In this document: positions 51,121 through 64,000 of the stretch, one piece after another | Position numbering within the stretch: position 1 is the stretch's first letter | Layout: each line of letters begins with the position of its first letter | From: Camelus dromedarius | Lineage: Eukaryota | DNA length: 64,000 nucleotides | Direction: 5' to 3' | Assembly: GCF_036321535.1 (NCBI RefSeq) | Contig: NC_087436.1 | Span: forward strand, 102,860,001 to 102,924,000 | The notes under the pieces: model-generated | Database searches by the model: none | The model's input: the letters and a program-made list of their open reading frames with translations, nothing else | Told to the model about the DNA's origin: nothing | Program-made: the position numbers and the translations under genes

Positions 51121-53559
51121 GCACAGGCCCTTAATATATAGGTCTGTAGTACTGAATGCCCCTATCATTGATTTCTGTGCTCCCTCATATTTTTCTCCTC
51201 AAATCCATCTTCTTCAGAGCCAGTAGACTGATCTATCTAAAATGAAAATCTAGCCTTGTCACTCCCTTAATTAAAGCCCTCCACTGACTCACCACAAGCT
51301 ATAGGATGGTCCAAGCTTTGTAAATTGGCACATGAACACTTCATGAATCTGTTGATCTCCTCTTGTTCACCCCACTTCCTTAGCCACACTGGGAGTGGTG
51401 AGAAATTCCTGTTTAGGGGAAAGGAGAAGCTGCAATTGCTCTCTGAAATGACCCATTCTAGTATAAAAAGAGTGAAGAAAGGGAGAAACAAGATAACCTG
51501 TTGAGGAAGAGGCCACAGCTAAGGAAGGCCCCCTACATCATTGGCAAGACCCCACGCTTCTTAGAGCAGTGTGGTAGAGTGCAGCCAAGCCAGTGATGGA
51601 GACAGAGATTACTGAGGGAGATGGCACTGCCAGGCATGGACATCCAGCAACATCCAACAATAAATGGAGCTCCATTTGCTGGAGCTACCCTGCTGCAGGC
51701 ACTATGATATGTGTTGGGAATCAAACAGAGAACTAGGTAGACAGAGATAAATAAGAATGTTAATCAGGGTAGGAGAAATCTACTGATGATATAAGCTCAC
51801 AGTCCCATGGAATTGCAAAGGAGGGACTCCCCCTCTTCAAGATGTGGAGTGCCAAGGAAGACTTCCTAGAAGAAATGACCATTAAAAAAAAAAAAAAAAA
51901 AGAAAGAAATGATCACAAAGCAAGTAGGTAGCAGACAATCATGTAAGAATTAGTGTTTCAAGCTGAAGAAATGGTTTTTTTGTGTGTGTCTTTTCTTCTG
52001 TTTGTTTGGTTTTTGCAGAGGCTTGATAGCAGAATGGAGTGTAGGAGCCAAATATATGTATATAAAAACATTTAAACACAGTCTGTCTGCGGTCAGAGTC
52101 CGTGCTGTATCTGCTGCACCAGACGAAGTTCCTGTTCTGAGATTTTCTGCCACTGTGACCAATGCTGAAACTATCAGTGCTCAGTATTGTTTGAAACATG
52201 GAAACCAGCTGCATGCATCTCTGTACTTGAAACAAAGGCATTTGCAAATTAAAAGTAAATCAGAATTAATGCTGAAAATATACATAAAAAAGAGAATGTG
52301 GGTTAAAGGTCCCATAGCAGTGAGTGAACATGGAAGAGCTGGGATTCAACTTTAAGGAGTCCTTTTGTGAGACTCCTGGAAGCTTACGGGAAGATCTGGT
52401 AGTTTCAATTCCTTTTCTGCCCTTAGTAACAAATGAGCTACTTTTTTATGAGATTCTGAAAAAAAAAAAAGTGACTATAGCATTAGTATACTAACGAATG
52501 AATAAAAATCTGTAGAGGTTGGATAGACATTCTAAAATTTCCATCACATTTCTCAGAAGTTTACGACTGTCAGTTCGGGAGTGAATAATGGATTAATGAG
52601 GTAAACTTTCCTCTTTTCCTTTTGTTCCAATGAGACAGTCACCCTGTGTTAATGCCTCATTTACTCTGTTATCTTCCCGTGTATTTTTGATCATTTGCAG
52701 TATTGTGCTTCCATATTTTTGCTTTTTTGTAACAACTCATTTGTTTTACACAATTGTCTGAAACTTGGGAGCAAAAAAGAATTATGTATCAATGAAACTA
52801 TTAAACGTAAAGGACTACTGCCATAACTTTGTTCAGGAAAGCCAGCCATTCTGTTTTTATCATTCTCTTATTTTGATGGATTAAATAGGACAATTCATGT
52901 AGGGTTCTGAGCATAGCCACTGGTACACAGTAGTCATTCAAAGCATGTTAGTTGTATATTTATCCAGTATTTTTATTATTACTATTCTGAAGTTCTGTAA
53001 TGAGGCAAGCACTATAAAAGATTGGCCACTACAAGTATGACTAAGAAAGTGTTGCAGTTTTTTGAAATGTGTTGGATTAGGAAAATAAATATCTTACAGA
53101 TCTACAATTTTCATTTTGAAGTAATTAATCTGTAATATAATAAATCCCTTTAAAGGTCTTAGGACAAATATACTATGCAATACTACTGACTCAATATGTT
53201 TTTGGAAAAAAAAAGTGTATTGGAGAAAGTAATAAACTCAGGGTCAGAGGACATACATTTAAGAATCTGTTTTACCTCTTACTGCCTTTTAAAACTTCTA
53301 ATATTTTGGAGTTTTCATTTTCCATATGATATAATGGTCTTGTAAGTGTTGGTATAAGTATAGAAAGAAACAAACAAAAATGTAAAAATCTGAAACCTGG
53401 AATGTTAGATGAATGGAAGACATTTTTATATTCCATTGGTTGATTGTATAGGGCCATTTACTTTCAATCAAATTATCTCAAACTATTCAAACATAGTAGA
53501 TACACTATGATATTTAGTTCTCAACTGTTGTACCTATGAGATGTCTTGTCCAAGCCACA

Positions 53560-53875
53560 GTATTATGGATAGGTACTTTGAAGTCAGAAAAATGTGAGTT
53601 TAAATCCTGCCTCCACCATTTACCAACTACGCAAACTTGGGTAGTTATTCAGTGACTCATATACCTCTTCTACAAAACAGAAGTGCCACCTAACTCACAG
53701 GGCTGCTGTAAGAAGGAACACGTGTAACCCATAGACAGCGGTGCTTAGCACAGTTCTTGGAACCTAACACCTGCTCAAGAATGGCAATGGTGTTGGTTAG
53801 TGTTTTGCTCCTCCTCCTCTTCCTCCTTCTCCTCCTCCTCATCTGTCATCTGTCATCATCATCATCACCACCATA
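53560..53875 (+). mobile_element. MIR followed by (TCC)n/(CAT)n simple repeat
   Basis: 'gagtttaaatcctgcctccaccatttacc...gtgcttagcacagttcttgg', then trinucleotide runs. Confidence 0.7.
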
Positions 53876-54589
53876 CAATTCTCAGTAAAGGCTTGAAAAA
53901 ACACAGCAAAAAATCAGCAGAAAGAACTTTAAGGCAAATTATAACTCAAAGGATAAGAACAGGAGGTCATTTACAAAAGACAATCAGATAAAAATTTATT
54001 CTCTGTGGAATAGCGAGCAACCTTGAGACACTAGTACTAAATTTACAAAACCCCTAATTATATAGTGAGCTCTGCTGGAAGGTCAAAGTCCTTTCTAGGA
54101 TGGAATAGTGAGTCTTATGGTGGAAGAAGCCACTCAGTTTTCCTCTCCAGTATCATAGAAGGAAGAATAGAGTTTGTCTACTTGTCCTGAGTTCTAAAGC
54201 ATAATTCAAAGGGTATTTTAACAAGTAGTTCAATGATATTACATGTCAAATACTTTTGTGATATGGCCTGAGGAACTAACAATCTTGTAGAATATTCTGC
54301 CTTAAAAGCGTAATTGCTAAATTTCAAGCAATTGATTTATCCACAAATGTTAAGTCTCAAGCATTTGCTAGCTGGAGACAAGATGAATTAGTATGAACAC
54401 TTCAGGATACACAGGCATTTAAAAAATCTAGACCTCTAAAATGGATGTCTGACTACTAATTTCCAAACTTGCTTTCTCCCGTCTGCCAACACAGAGTAAC
54501 ACTGAAGTAAGCCTAATTTAAGTGCACCAGAAGGCAAACAGTAAGTGACTTAAAGGTGGGATGTAGCATTTAGGCATGTGCTTTATATT

Positions 54590-54690
54590 TAGGGTTGCTG
54601 GATAAAATAAAGAACTCTCACATTTGAATTTTAGATAAATAATGAGTGATTTCTTACTACAAGTATGCCCCATGCATAACTTGCTAGATC
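54590..54690. mobile_element. MER53-type hAT MITE fragment
   Basis: 'tagggttgctggataaaata...atttgaattttagataaataa...aagtatgcccca'. Confidence 0.7.
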
Positions 54691-54859
54691 TTGAAACTTG
54701 TTTTACTGTAGGATGCATTATGTATATGGATATACATATACATACACACACATATATGTTTCTGTGTATACACATAGATATATGTTTTATGTATGCACAT
54801 AAGCACATATAAACATACGGAATCTATATGAAGAAAATATATGTATATGGTCTTGTTTA

Positions 54860-54965
54860 GTGTTTTCTGACACCAAATGTGTGATTTTTTTTTTTTTTTT
54901 CTGAAACCAACTGCTGGCTATTTTTCTTAATTGAGCAATTCTCCAATTTTGTGATACCAACTGGG
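54860..54965. mobile_element. MER21-like LTR fragment
   Basis: 'ttctgacaccaaatgtgtg...caattctccaa...ataccaactggg'. Confidence 0.45.
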
Positions 54966-57416
54966 GGGAGAGGGAGGCGGGAGGGAGTGGAGGAAAGAGA
55001 GCAAAATGAGGAAGAACAGAAAGAAGAGCAGCAACTAAGACATCACCAACACCAGCATGAGCCCCATCCCAAAGCTACCCATTTATTTATTTCACTTGTT
55101 TCATTTGTTTGTCGAGAAGGGATAAAGAACCAGTATAGGTGACTTACTTATATTACTGAGAAACAGAGTTTTGGCATCTGGAAGGCTGAGTATAGTATTA
55201 ATGCATAACTGTGTTCAAGTTCTCATTCTGGAATTTCATAATCAACTGAAATTTATTGAGCAGTTACTAAATATTTTAAATGTGGTTCATCATAACATCT
55301 GGCATAAAATTCAGAAGAATTCTAAAGCCTCTATGATAGATTGACTACTTTTAATACATTGTACCTGAAAACATGCACATAATCAATCTTTTTTGGAAGA
55401 AGTAATCAAGAGGAAGGGACCACTGGTCAACCAGCAGGCTGGCCCCGGAAAATCCAAAGCTCCTCTCTGAAAATAGATATTATTACCCTGATTCCTCTGA
55501 ACCTACTGGTATGCTATGACAGTTAAAATTGTGCCTTGGAGTTTCATAAAATAATTTCACACATGCCCGTATAGAGAATTTCTCCAATTTTTCTGTACAG
55601 CTGCTATCAAGAAAAACCTTCATTAGAGTTCAATACCTTTTAAATAATTATGCAGTTAAGTAAATTAGCCCAAAAGCTAGAATTATGAGACAGTGTCTCC
55701 CCCTTGAATAATTATGCTCTTTTCTGCATCTGTCAGGTTGTGAAGAAACTCAGAGTTAACTTTTCTGACTCCTCTTATCTGTTCTCCTCACTCGCCTCCT
55801 GGATGGTGACACTTTCCTGTTACTCTTTTGTAGTAATTTTTGCTTTTGTGCTCCTGAAGCTTATTAGTGCAAAGGTTCTCAGATTTCTTGGAAAAAGAGA
55901 CAAGGTTTATATATCTTTAAAAATCTGTATGAAACCCTAAAATTCTAAACCCATTCATATGCTAAATATATTTTCTCTGTTTACTGAGTTCCCAGGGCAG
56001 TTTTCCGTGTCTGTCTGCCCCTACTTGTCAGTTACAACAGTTGAAACCACAGTCTGTTAATGAAATGAACAATACATAAAGGAATTACCCTCTTTCTTCT
56101 AGTTTTGCTTCCTATTTTGACAGTAAACATCCTTGTTAGAACTATATGCATAAGGTTGGTTAGTCCCTGAAAAAGGAAGATAGTTTTTTTTATTTGTGTC
56201 TTTTTCACTTTATTATTTATTTTTATTTGATTTGATTACTTATCTCTTTTTAGTTTTATCATTTATGATCTGTGTAATCTATCTCTATCTCTCTTTTTAG
56301 TTTTACATATAGGGTGGCCAAATGAGAAAATGAAATGTCTTTTCTTTTCCACAAGTGTCTTTCCTACCATCTGTTACACACATATTTCAAGACAAAGGCT
56401 CTAATAAACTCACTGACACCAAACTGGCAGCACTGTCCGCCTTCTCCCTCTTGCATGTACACGTTTGGTTTTGCAGCTAAAGGCTGAAGCAAAGGGACAC
56501 TGCTTCATACAAATGCTCTGATACACTTGGGAAAATTTTAGGCACTGTGACACCAAAGTCTGACTGAGGCTTCAAATTATGAAAGTTTACCTGCTACCTC
56601 TTACATCAGTGTTCTCCCTAGGTCAGCAGACTTACTCAGAAGAAAGCTCTTCAAGCAGGTGCTAGAGAGAAACCAAGAAGCCCCTTTTTCTCCCTCGTCA
56701 AGAAAAGAGAATAAAATCTCGAGTCATTATTTAATTATTAAATATTAGCTCAAAAGGCAAACTAATAGTGGCATTCTATTATAAATAATACTCATTGCGT
56801 AATAATAGAGAATACGCAGAGAACAGTGCTAGAGCTAAGAAAGCACAGTAATTATAGAAAGAAACCACAAAGCATCTCCTAAATTAAGGAGAACATATTC
56901 TTTCATCTCTCTTAGAAGAACATACGGTAAAGCTTTAAAAAACCTTTGTTAACAACTTTATTAATATTAAAGAACACCATGAAAACTTTCCTTTAAAGAA
57001 GTGATTTATTATTTAATACTTATTTTATTCTTATTATTGCTGCCAAGCAAGCAACTTCCTAGTGGTCAAATAAGAATGTTTTCATATTTTAGTGCTACAA
57101 CATTAGTTCATTTATTATTAATACAGCTCATAAATACTCTCACCATCAAAAATAGCCTCAGACAATCTTATCTGGGCAGACTCAGACTTCACTTCTTCCC
57201 CAAGGGTTTCCAGTCTCTGGACTATAATTAGTTGTCATCTATTCTGATGGAGAAGATTCTACCAACCTTCCTCCATGTCTCAATAATGTTCTTGACAGTT
57301 TTTATATCCTGAGGCAACCTGAACAGTTTACTAAGCGAGACCCACGAGTAGAGAAGGAAAAGGCTGAATACATGGAAAAAAAGATTCTTTTTAGCTAAAA
57401 TTAATTAGGTATTTCT

Positions 57417-57951
57417 CTGCAGAGAGGGGAACAGGCCTCAAAGCAGAAGGACCAGTTACGTGAGAGCTGACCTGGGCTCAGATCAAGTCTCCCTGAAAGT
57501 AGGCTCTCCAGGTCTGGGGGGTTGGGTGGGGGTGACAGAAGCTGGGCTGTCATGGGAAGAGTGTGCTGGGCATTTGGAGAGAGGTGATTCACGCCAGGAT
57601 TCCAGGGGGTGGAAAGAGACTGAAGTGGCAAAGGAGGCTAGGTAATCCCCAGCCAGGGGCTGCCCCTGCATTTTCAACCTCTGTGTGGCCTGGGGCTCCT
57701 TGTCTGCTGCTGGCTTCACTGCCACTGCCGGGCATCCTGTGGTTGGGCTCTGTCTCAGCGTCTGGGACAGTTCCCTGGCTCTGATTGGGGGCGTCATCCC
57801 AGAGACCCCTACCTCCAGTTAAGACTAGTTCTGTCCGACAGATTGAGAGCAAAAATGATATATGTTACATCAAGGCCAGTGCTTTATTTTAAAAATTTCG
57901 TCTGTTTTATTATTTAACAAATAAAATTGTATATATTTAAAATGTAAAAAA
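57417..57951 (+). other. L1-mediated retrocopy of non-repeat RNA (orphan transduction or processed 3'UTR)
   Basis: Perfect 20-bp TSD aaaattaattaggtatttct (57397-57416 / 57952-57971); AATAAA at 57920-57925; A run at 57946-57955; GC-rich body in AT-rich flank. Confidence 0.88.
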
Positions 57952-59448
57952 AAAATTAATTAGGTATTTCTGTAGGATTATTTTTCTGAAAGCATTTATA
58001 TTTTGCCAAATGTGTGACACAGGTTATGTCACCCTTTAAAACTATTTTACTGACTTGTTTTAACACTCTGACTGTACATCTGTGTGAAAAAGGAAGTATT
58101 TTCTTGCTAATTAAGGCACCATTAAAAGAATTTATACTTTCATGTTGTATCAAAAGAATGATTCTTCTACATTTAACACTTGTATGTTCAGCCAAATTTC
58201 TCAACTGTCATTTATCTCCCAAAACAATTAATTGAGATAATAAAAGGCCATATGAAGATTTCAGTAGATTATACTCCTAGTAAATAATACTCCACAGCTA
58301 CAGTTAACACAAAGAAGCTGGTCTATGTCTATTTCATGGATATGTAAGCCTGTCTTCCACTGCACCAGCAGTGGCAAATGTTTCCAGAAGAAAGGCTAAA
58401 AATAATCATAGGATAACTAGGCTGGGCTTTGTGATGGCAAAGGTGGAAATCATCTTGTTTTGAAGGCAGATCTTGGCTGTATCATGTATAGCTGTGTTTC
58501 AACATTCTTGGTTGTACAAGACATGCATTCTTTTTTTAAATTTGAACTCCTACTATTTTTTAGGCACTATTCTCCTATTCTTGAGCTAAAACAGTGAATA
58601 ACACAAGCCCCAGTTTTCAAGATTCAAGTTTTTGGCACTGGAGTCCATCAGTAGATAAGTAAAGGGGCATTTCCAGGACAGCATCGTGAGTACTGTGGTA
58701 CAGATTCCAACACCCAGAAAAGGGGTGTCCCATCCAATTGGGAGGTGAGGTAAAAGTGAATATTTAAGAAAGTTTTTGTAGAAGAAGCGACATCTATTCT
58801 GAGTCCTGAAATATAAACAATACCTCCTCAATGTGGAATTTGGAGTGGAAATACAGATATGTCTTAAATTAATAATTCTGATCATAAGATGCTCTTTCCT
58901 AGAAATGCTCATTAGAACTATCTATAATTCTAACTCTGTGTTCTCTACTTTTTCCACACTCAGTTTACTTCTATTTTATGAGGCTGTGGAGTGGAACGGA
59001 GCGATATATACAGCAAGATGTGAAGAAAAGCATATTTTTGGAGATCACAAGGGAAAAGGCTGGTCTTCTGAGGTGGTAAAACACACTAGTTAAGGTATGA
59101 TGTGGGGCCGCTTCTATTAGATTCCTGGCTCCAATGTATCCTCTATGAATGACTGTGAGCAAATTACTTAGTCTCCTTACATGGCATATTGTCAAATCAT
59201 AAGGTTGACATGACTATCGAGTGAGTTCAAAAGTGCATTATCTGTAAAAATATTCAATGTTAGCTCTTATGATGATGGTGATGACAATGATGTTTTGTTA
59301 GCCTGTAAATCCAAAGTGAATATTTAAATGTTGTTGTCTCCATGGTAATCTTGCCGACCAGGTTCTAACAAACTCAGTTAAATCAAGCTAAATTCCCCTT
59401 TAGATTGAGACAGGGTAGAATGCACTTTCCTCAAAAGTATTGCTTTGA

Positions 59449-59496
59449 ACATAACATTGTAAAATGACTATAACTCAATAAAAAAAAGGTCAAAAA
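59449..59496 (+). mobile_element. 48-bp L1 3'-terminal insertion
   Basis: 16-bp TSD aaaagt(a/g)ttgctttga (59433-59448 / 59497-59512); body matches the reverse complement of 32291-32340. Confidence 0.85.
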
Positions 59497-59577
59497 AAAA
59501 GTGTTGCTTTGAGATAAATAATAGCAAATCTGATACCTCAAGTTTTCTTTATCTAGATGGAAATAAAATATATTTAG

Positions 59578-61975
59578 GATTTCTACTTCCAGCCATGACA
59601 CAGCTATTACATCAGACTACTGCACCGTTTGTAGACAAGTATGAAAAGAGACAAAATAGATGAGGCAATTGTTTTCAAGTAATGGGCAACAGAGGGCAAG
59701 CCTGTTTTATCTGGAAGAAGAGAAGCACTCTTACAAGTGAACTCTACTTTCACTCTGACTTCCTGCCTAGGAGATTTTTTCAGACCACAGAGAGGAGGAA
59801 CCCAAGCAAGAGGCTGCAGGCAGCAGTGAGCTCAGAGCTGCCGGGTGGAACAGGTTTGTGAGGAAGGAGAGTAGAAAGGAGAGCCGCAGAGAGAAAAGAA
59901 CTCTTATGCCAGCGTGTTGTTCCCTCTGTTCCTTGGCTGAATGCTTAGGCTGAGGTTTTAAGGTCTGTCAAAGAGCAGTTGCCGGGGACTAGTAACTGAA
60001 TAAAGACACTAGAGGCTTCCCAGGGCTGAACACTTAACAGTGAGGCAGAGCCAGAGTGGAGCCTCTTGCTGAGTTCCCCAGGTGTGCAGCTGACACTCCA
60101 GAAAAATCATGCTGCCAAAGTAGGATCACAGACTAGAACTAGGCAAAAACATGGAAACAGAATCACCCAAAGCCTAAAATAAAGCCTCATATTGATCAAT
60201 TTTCATTTAGTTGTCTGCCAGAACAAAACACAGTACTCCAAAGTAGGAAACATAACCCAGATATTTTACAATAGCAAACAGTCATAATTATTAGACATGA
60301 GAAAACAGAAACATATTCCACAACTAAGAGAAACAGATATGTATTCTCCTACCAAAAGAATAAAAGAGCTAGTAGAAACAGACCCCCAAATGATACTGAT
60401 GTTGGGATTTTCAGATAAAGACTTTAAAACAGGTATTATTAATATGTTCATGAATTTGAAAGAAAAGCAGTACAACTGAGAATCTCAAAAAATATGGGAA
60501 CTATAAACAAGAATCCTAATGAATTCTGAAAAATTCAAATATAAAATACCTGATATGAAAAACTTACAGGATGAATTTCAAAGCAGAATGATCAGTGAAT
60601 CTGAATTCAGATTAATAGAAATAATTCAAACTGCAGCAATGGGAAAAAGTTGGAAAAAAAAGAGACTCAGTTATATGAGGGATCCAGTGTGATATACATG
60701 CAGTTGGATTCACCAAAGGAAAAAAGAGAGAGAAGGAAAAATATGAAGAAACACTGGCTTCCAAATTTCCCAAATTTATTGAAAAAAATGAGATCCAAGA
60801 GGCCCAGTAACCCAGAAGAAAAATAAATATAACAAAGCACACATAAGTATACTATAATCAAATCCCTAAAAACCTAAAATAAAGAAAATAGGCAGAGGAC
60901 CAAAAAAAAAAACAAACAAACAAAAAACAAACAAACAAAAAAAAACCAAACAAACAAAAACCAAACAAACAAACAAAAAACAAAACCCAAAAAACTAGAT
61001 ACGGTTATCAATGTTTAAAATTCCTGCAGAGTTATCAGAAACAATGAATGCAAGATGAAAATAAATGAATGTTTTAATATTCTGAAAAAATGTTTTCAGC
61101 CTAGAATTCCACATCTAAAGAAATGATCCTTCATAAAGGAGCTGAAATTGAAATAAAATGTCAGATAAACAAAAGCTGAGAGAATTATCTGCCAGCAGAT
61201 TCTCCTATAAGAAATGGATAAGGAAATTCTTCATGCCAAAGGGAAATGGTACTTTATAGAAACTCAGAAACTGAAATATACACAAAAAAATGGAAAGGAC
61301 TGGAAATGGAAATTATAAGGGCAAATGTAAAAATTATTCATTTTATTTCATTAATATATTCAAATTACAGCTATTTAAAGCTAAAATAACATTAATAAAA
61401 TATGTGATTAAGAACAGAGAAAAAATTTTTTAAAAGAAAAAATAGAAAAAAAATGACAAAGTACAAATGTTTGGAGAAATACATGGAATTACATTACTTC
61501 GTCTTGTTTTGTTTTACATTTCATGTGAAGTAGTGCAATATTAAGTCTAAATAGAATGCAAGAAGCTAACAATATATTGTAATCCCTAAAACATACTTGG
61601 AGAAATTATACTATCTGAATAACAATATGTACTCGTGATCAAAACAATGTAGTTTTCATATAAGGATTAAAAAAAATATTAATGGAATAGAATAGAATCC
61701 AGAAATAGACTTGCACATATATAATCGATTTTCAACAAATTTGTCAATGTAATGAAATAGGAAAAGGACAGATGGAATAATCATATTCTTAAAACACGAA
61801 TAAACAAGCAGAAAACAAAACCCTGTGATCTACTCCACATCATACAGAAAGAGCAATTTGCAACACATCATAGACCAAAATGTAAAAGCAAGTATGTTAA
61901 AGATTCTACATTAAAATAAAGGTAGCTATTTTCACAACCTTGGGCTAGAAACAAACCAGATAAGACACAAAAAGC
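59578..61975 (+). mobile_element. Old L1 (L1M4/L1ME-type): 5'UTR, degraded ORF1 and ORF2 pieces
   Basis: Start 'gatttctacttccagccatgac'; ORF1-like peptide ETDPQMILMLGFSDKDFKTGIINMF; ORF2-like 'aatggaatagaatagaatccagaaatagac'. Confidence 0.75.
60901..60995 (+). repeat. (CAAA)n A-rich microsatellite
   Basis: Directly visible. Confidence 0.95.
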
Positions 61976-61984
61976 TCTACTCAG

Positions 61985-62226
61985 AGGGAACCAACTGACC
62001 CCAGAGTCTATAAAACCGCCAAGACCTTCCGTTCAGCGTTCCCTCATCACCAAGCAGCCTGCTGTTGCATGGAGAAAAACAGAATCGCTCTTCAGTCTCT
62101 CGCGTGTGCTGTCATCGTAAGTAGTTAAAGCCTCGATTGTTACTTGCCTTGTGGTCTTGCCGCTTTCATGGCTACTCTGACACCTGACAGCTCAGCTCTC
62201 CCCAGTTCAGCTGACCTCCTGATACA
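61985..62226 (+). mobile_element. 3' half of an ERVL-type LTR (LTR47-like)
   Basis: TATA-like 'ctataaaa'; 3' end 'gacacctgacagctcagctc...ctcctgataca'. Confidence 0.5.
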
Positions 62227-62459
62227 CACAGGGGCCAAAATCAAATAGCAGGAGTAAGTAGACACCTAGATGATTGAGACTCTTTTTAAATTTAAATGTA
62301 ACATTGCTATCAATATGAAAACCTGAAATTAGCAGATTATCACAGGTAACTCACTTAAGTCCAAAATCAAATTGGGTAAACATTCACAGGGCAGTTAACT
62401 TGTTCGCTTTGGGGAATGAGGAGGGTGTTGGTGATTGACTGACAAGTCGTAAAGGCCTT

Positions 62460-62780
62460 TATTTTATAGTAGACACTTTTTCTGATGTATACAATAAACA
62501 TAAAAGGGTAAAGAAACTGGTGTGTTACGGTGTAGTAGAGCCTAAAGAAATATCACAAAGTGGGCCACACAACTATCAATCAGGCCGAGAAACAGAACGT
62601 TAGCAGCACTCAAGAAGCCGAAGACTTTCCCTCTCCCCCCAGCACCACCTACTTCCTCTTTCCAAAGTTAAAAATTACGGAGACATCTAACATTATAGAT
62701 CAGGCTTTCCTGCCTTTTTACTTTATATAAACACAATGATAAGGAATATATTCCTGTGTCCTTTGCCTCCTTAAGTCAGC
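62460..62780 (-). mobile_element. Old L1ME/MC 3'UTR fragment
   Basis: 'acagaacgttagcagcactcaagaagcc...tctaacattatagatcaggctttcctgcctttttactttatataaa'. Confidence 0.6.
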
Positions 62781-62999
62781 ACTCTTCTCCTTTAGATTTT
62801 TCTCTGCCGTTTACCCTGTTTTTCCCTCTACCTATATCATTGAGATATTCTTTTCATATTTGTGTTCTGGATCTCAAAAAGTGTAAAGACTAAAAGTAAA
62901 ACTTAATGGATCCCTTTAACAGCAGAAAAAAAACATCGCTAGGAAAAAATGTATCGATAGCAAAATAGAGACAAAACTTCAGTGACAGAATTTTCATTT

Positions 63000-63700
63000 G
63001 GTTCCTGTTTCTACTCCACAGTTCTCTCTAGCATATTTTGTAATTTCTAGACCTATTAAATAGGTTACTTTAAAGTCTCTCTCTGTAACTTCATTATCTG
63101 GATTCCTTACGGGAGTGTGTCTATTTTCTGCTTTTAGAAAAAAGGTCAAGACTTATCTTTTCATACACTTGATTATTACTCAGTGCCAAGCACTGCAAAT
63201 AAAAATTATAATTTAAGGTTCGGAATGAATTTATATTCTCCCAGACAGGATTTATTTTTTGCTTCTGGGAGGCTGCTAGCAAGGAGAACCAGAAATTCCA
63301 TGTAGTCTCAATCTAATCGGGAAATGACAGAATCAAGGATGAGATTCGGTCTTAGTAAGAACCAGTGGAATTCCACTTCCCCCTCTGCTCTATATCTCAT
63401 CTGAATCTCAGCTGAATGCCTGAGTTCTTCTAGACTCCTCTAGCGGGAGGCACTTCACTTTGTACTGCTCTTCCCTTTGGTTTCATGAGTCTACCAAGCA
63501 CTTTTCTCAGTCATTCATTTTCTCAGACACCACTTTGAAAGTCAGCAACTTCCTCAAAGGGAAAACATAAACATAATGAGAAAAAAAGCCAAGTGGAAAT
63601 TTTAGAATGCAATAACACAGTATCTGAAATTAAAAATTCACAGGAGAGACTGAATTATAGACTAGATACGGCAGAAGAAAAGATCCAATAACAATCCTTC
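63000..63700. mobile_element. Degraded L1 ORF1-region fragments in both orientations
   Basis: Minus: 'ctttaaagtctctctctgtaacttcattatctgg'; plus: 'gaaattttagaatgcaataacacagtatctgaaattaaaaattca...gcagaagaaaagatc'. Confidence 0.55.
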
Positions 63701-63729
63701 AAAAATCTGTCCCTGTGCCTTTGATCTTT

Positions 63730-63945
63730 CTTTCTGTTTTCGGTATCCAGTGACATCCAGATGATAAAGTTTCCTTAGCTTGGGTCCCTTGTGTGACAAT
63801 GACATGGATCACAGTGCCCACTGAACTAAGATAAACATGTAGTTCAAGAGAAATATAAGCCTTTGATTTTCAAGTCCCTGAGATCCTGAGATTAGGTTTT
63901 TGTTTTTGTTTTACTGCAGCCTATTCTATAACATTCTGACTAATA
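63730..63945 (+). mobile_element. MaLR (MLT1-type) LTR 3' part
   Basis: 'gagaaatataagcctttgattttcaagtccctgagat...ttgttttactgcagc...ctgactaata'. Confidence 0.55.
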
Positions 63946-64000
63946 AAGAATGTTTTAATATTGGAAAACTTATTAATGTCATTTACCTCATGTCTTATTA

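Noticed and set aside
51984..52355. 123-aa ORF following a pyrimidine tract and AG (possible exon)
   Set aside because: No recognisable protein and no supporting neighbouring exons.
53800..53991. ORF with poly-Ser and poly-His runs
   Set aside because: Translation of (TCC)n/(CAT)n microsatellites at a MIR tail.
56243..56305. 16-bp direct repeat tctctttttagtttta around 31 bp
   Set aside because: No poly(A) or TE body; low-complexity slippage is more likely than a TSD.
1..64000. Prokaryotic-type systems (CRISPR, operons, rRNA/tRNA genes)
   Set aside because: The sequence is mammalian repeat-rich DNA; no spaced repeat arrays, long coding ORFs or structural RNA genes were seen.

Overview
AT-rich, CpG-depleted mammalian genomic DNA with no recognisable protein-coding exon; it is either intergenic or deep intronic. 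Young L1 3' ends look cetartiodactyl, and I saw no Alu, B1/B2, Bov-tA/A2, PRE-1 or Can-SINE, so a camelid genome is my inference. The window is a mosaic of L1s (old L1M-type and young lineage-specific), L2, MIR, solo LTRs (MER41-like ERV1, MLT1, MLT2, LTR41-like) and hAT MITEs, with unique stretches in between. Family names come from recalled consensus sequences, not a database search, and the boundaries of old repeats are approximate. The most striking structure is a ~3.5 kb minus-strand insertion (31875-35351) bounded by a 9-bp TSD. It is a 5'-complete L1 with 5'UTR and ORF1 but almost no ORF2, and the junction looks like a splice. Its own poly(A) signal is mutated, and it carries 3'-transduced flank ending at an LTR poly(A) site. 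Also notable: a 535-bp GC-rich orphan retrocopy with a perfect 20-bp TSD, a tail-less internal L1 fragment, a twin-primed inverted L1, a 48-bp micro-L1, an orphan CpG island and candidate enhancer/CTCF sites.
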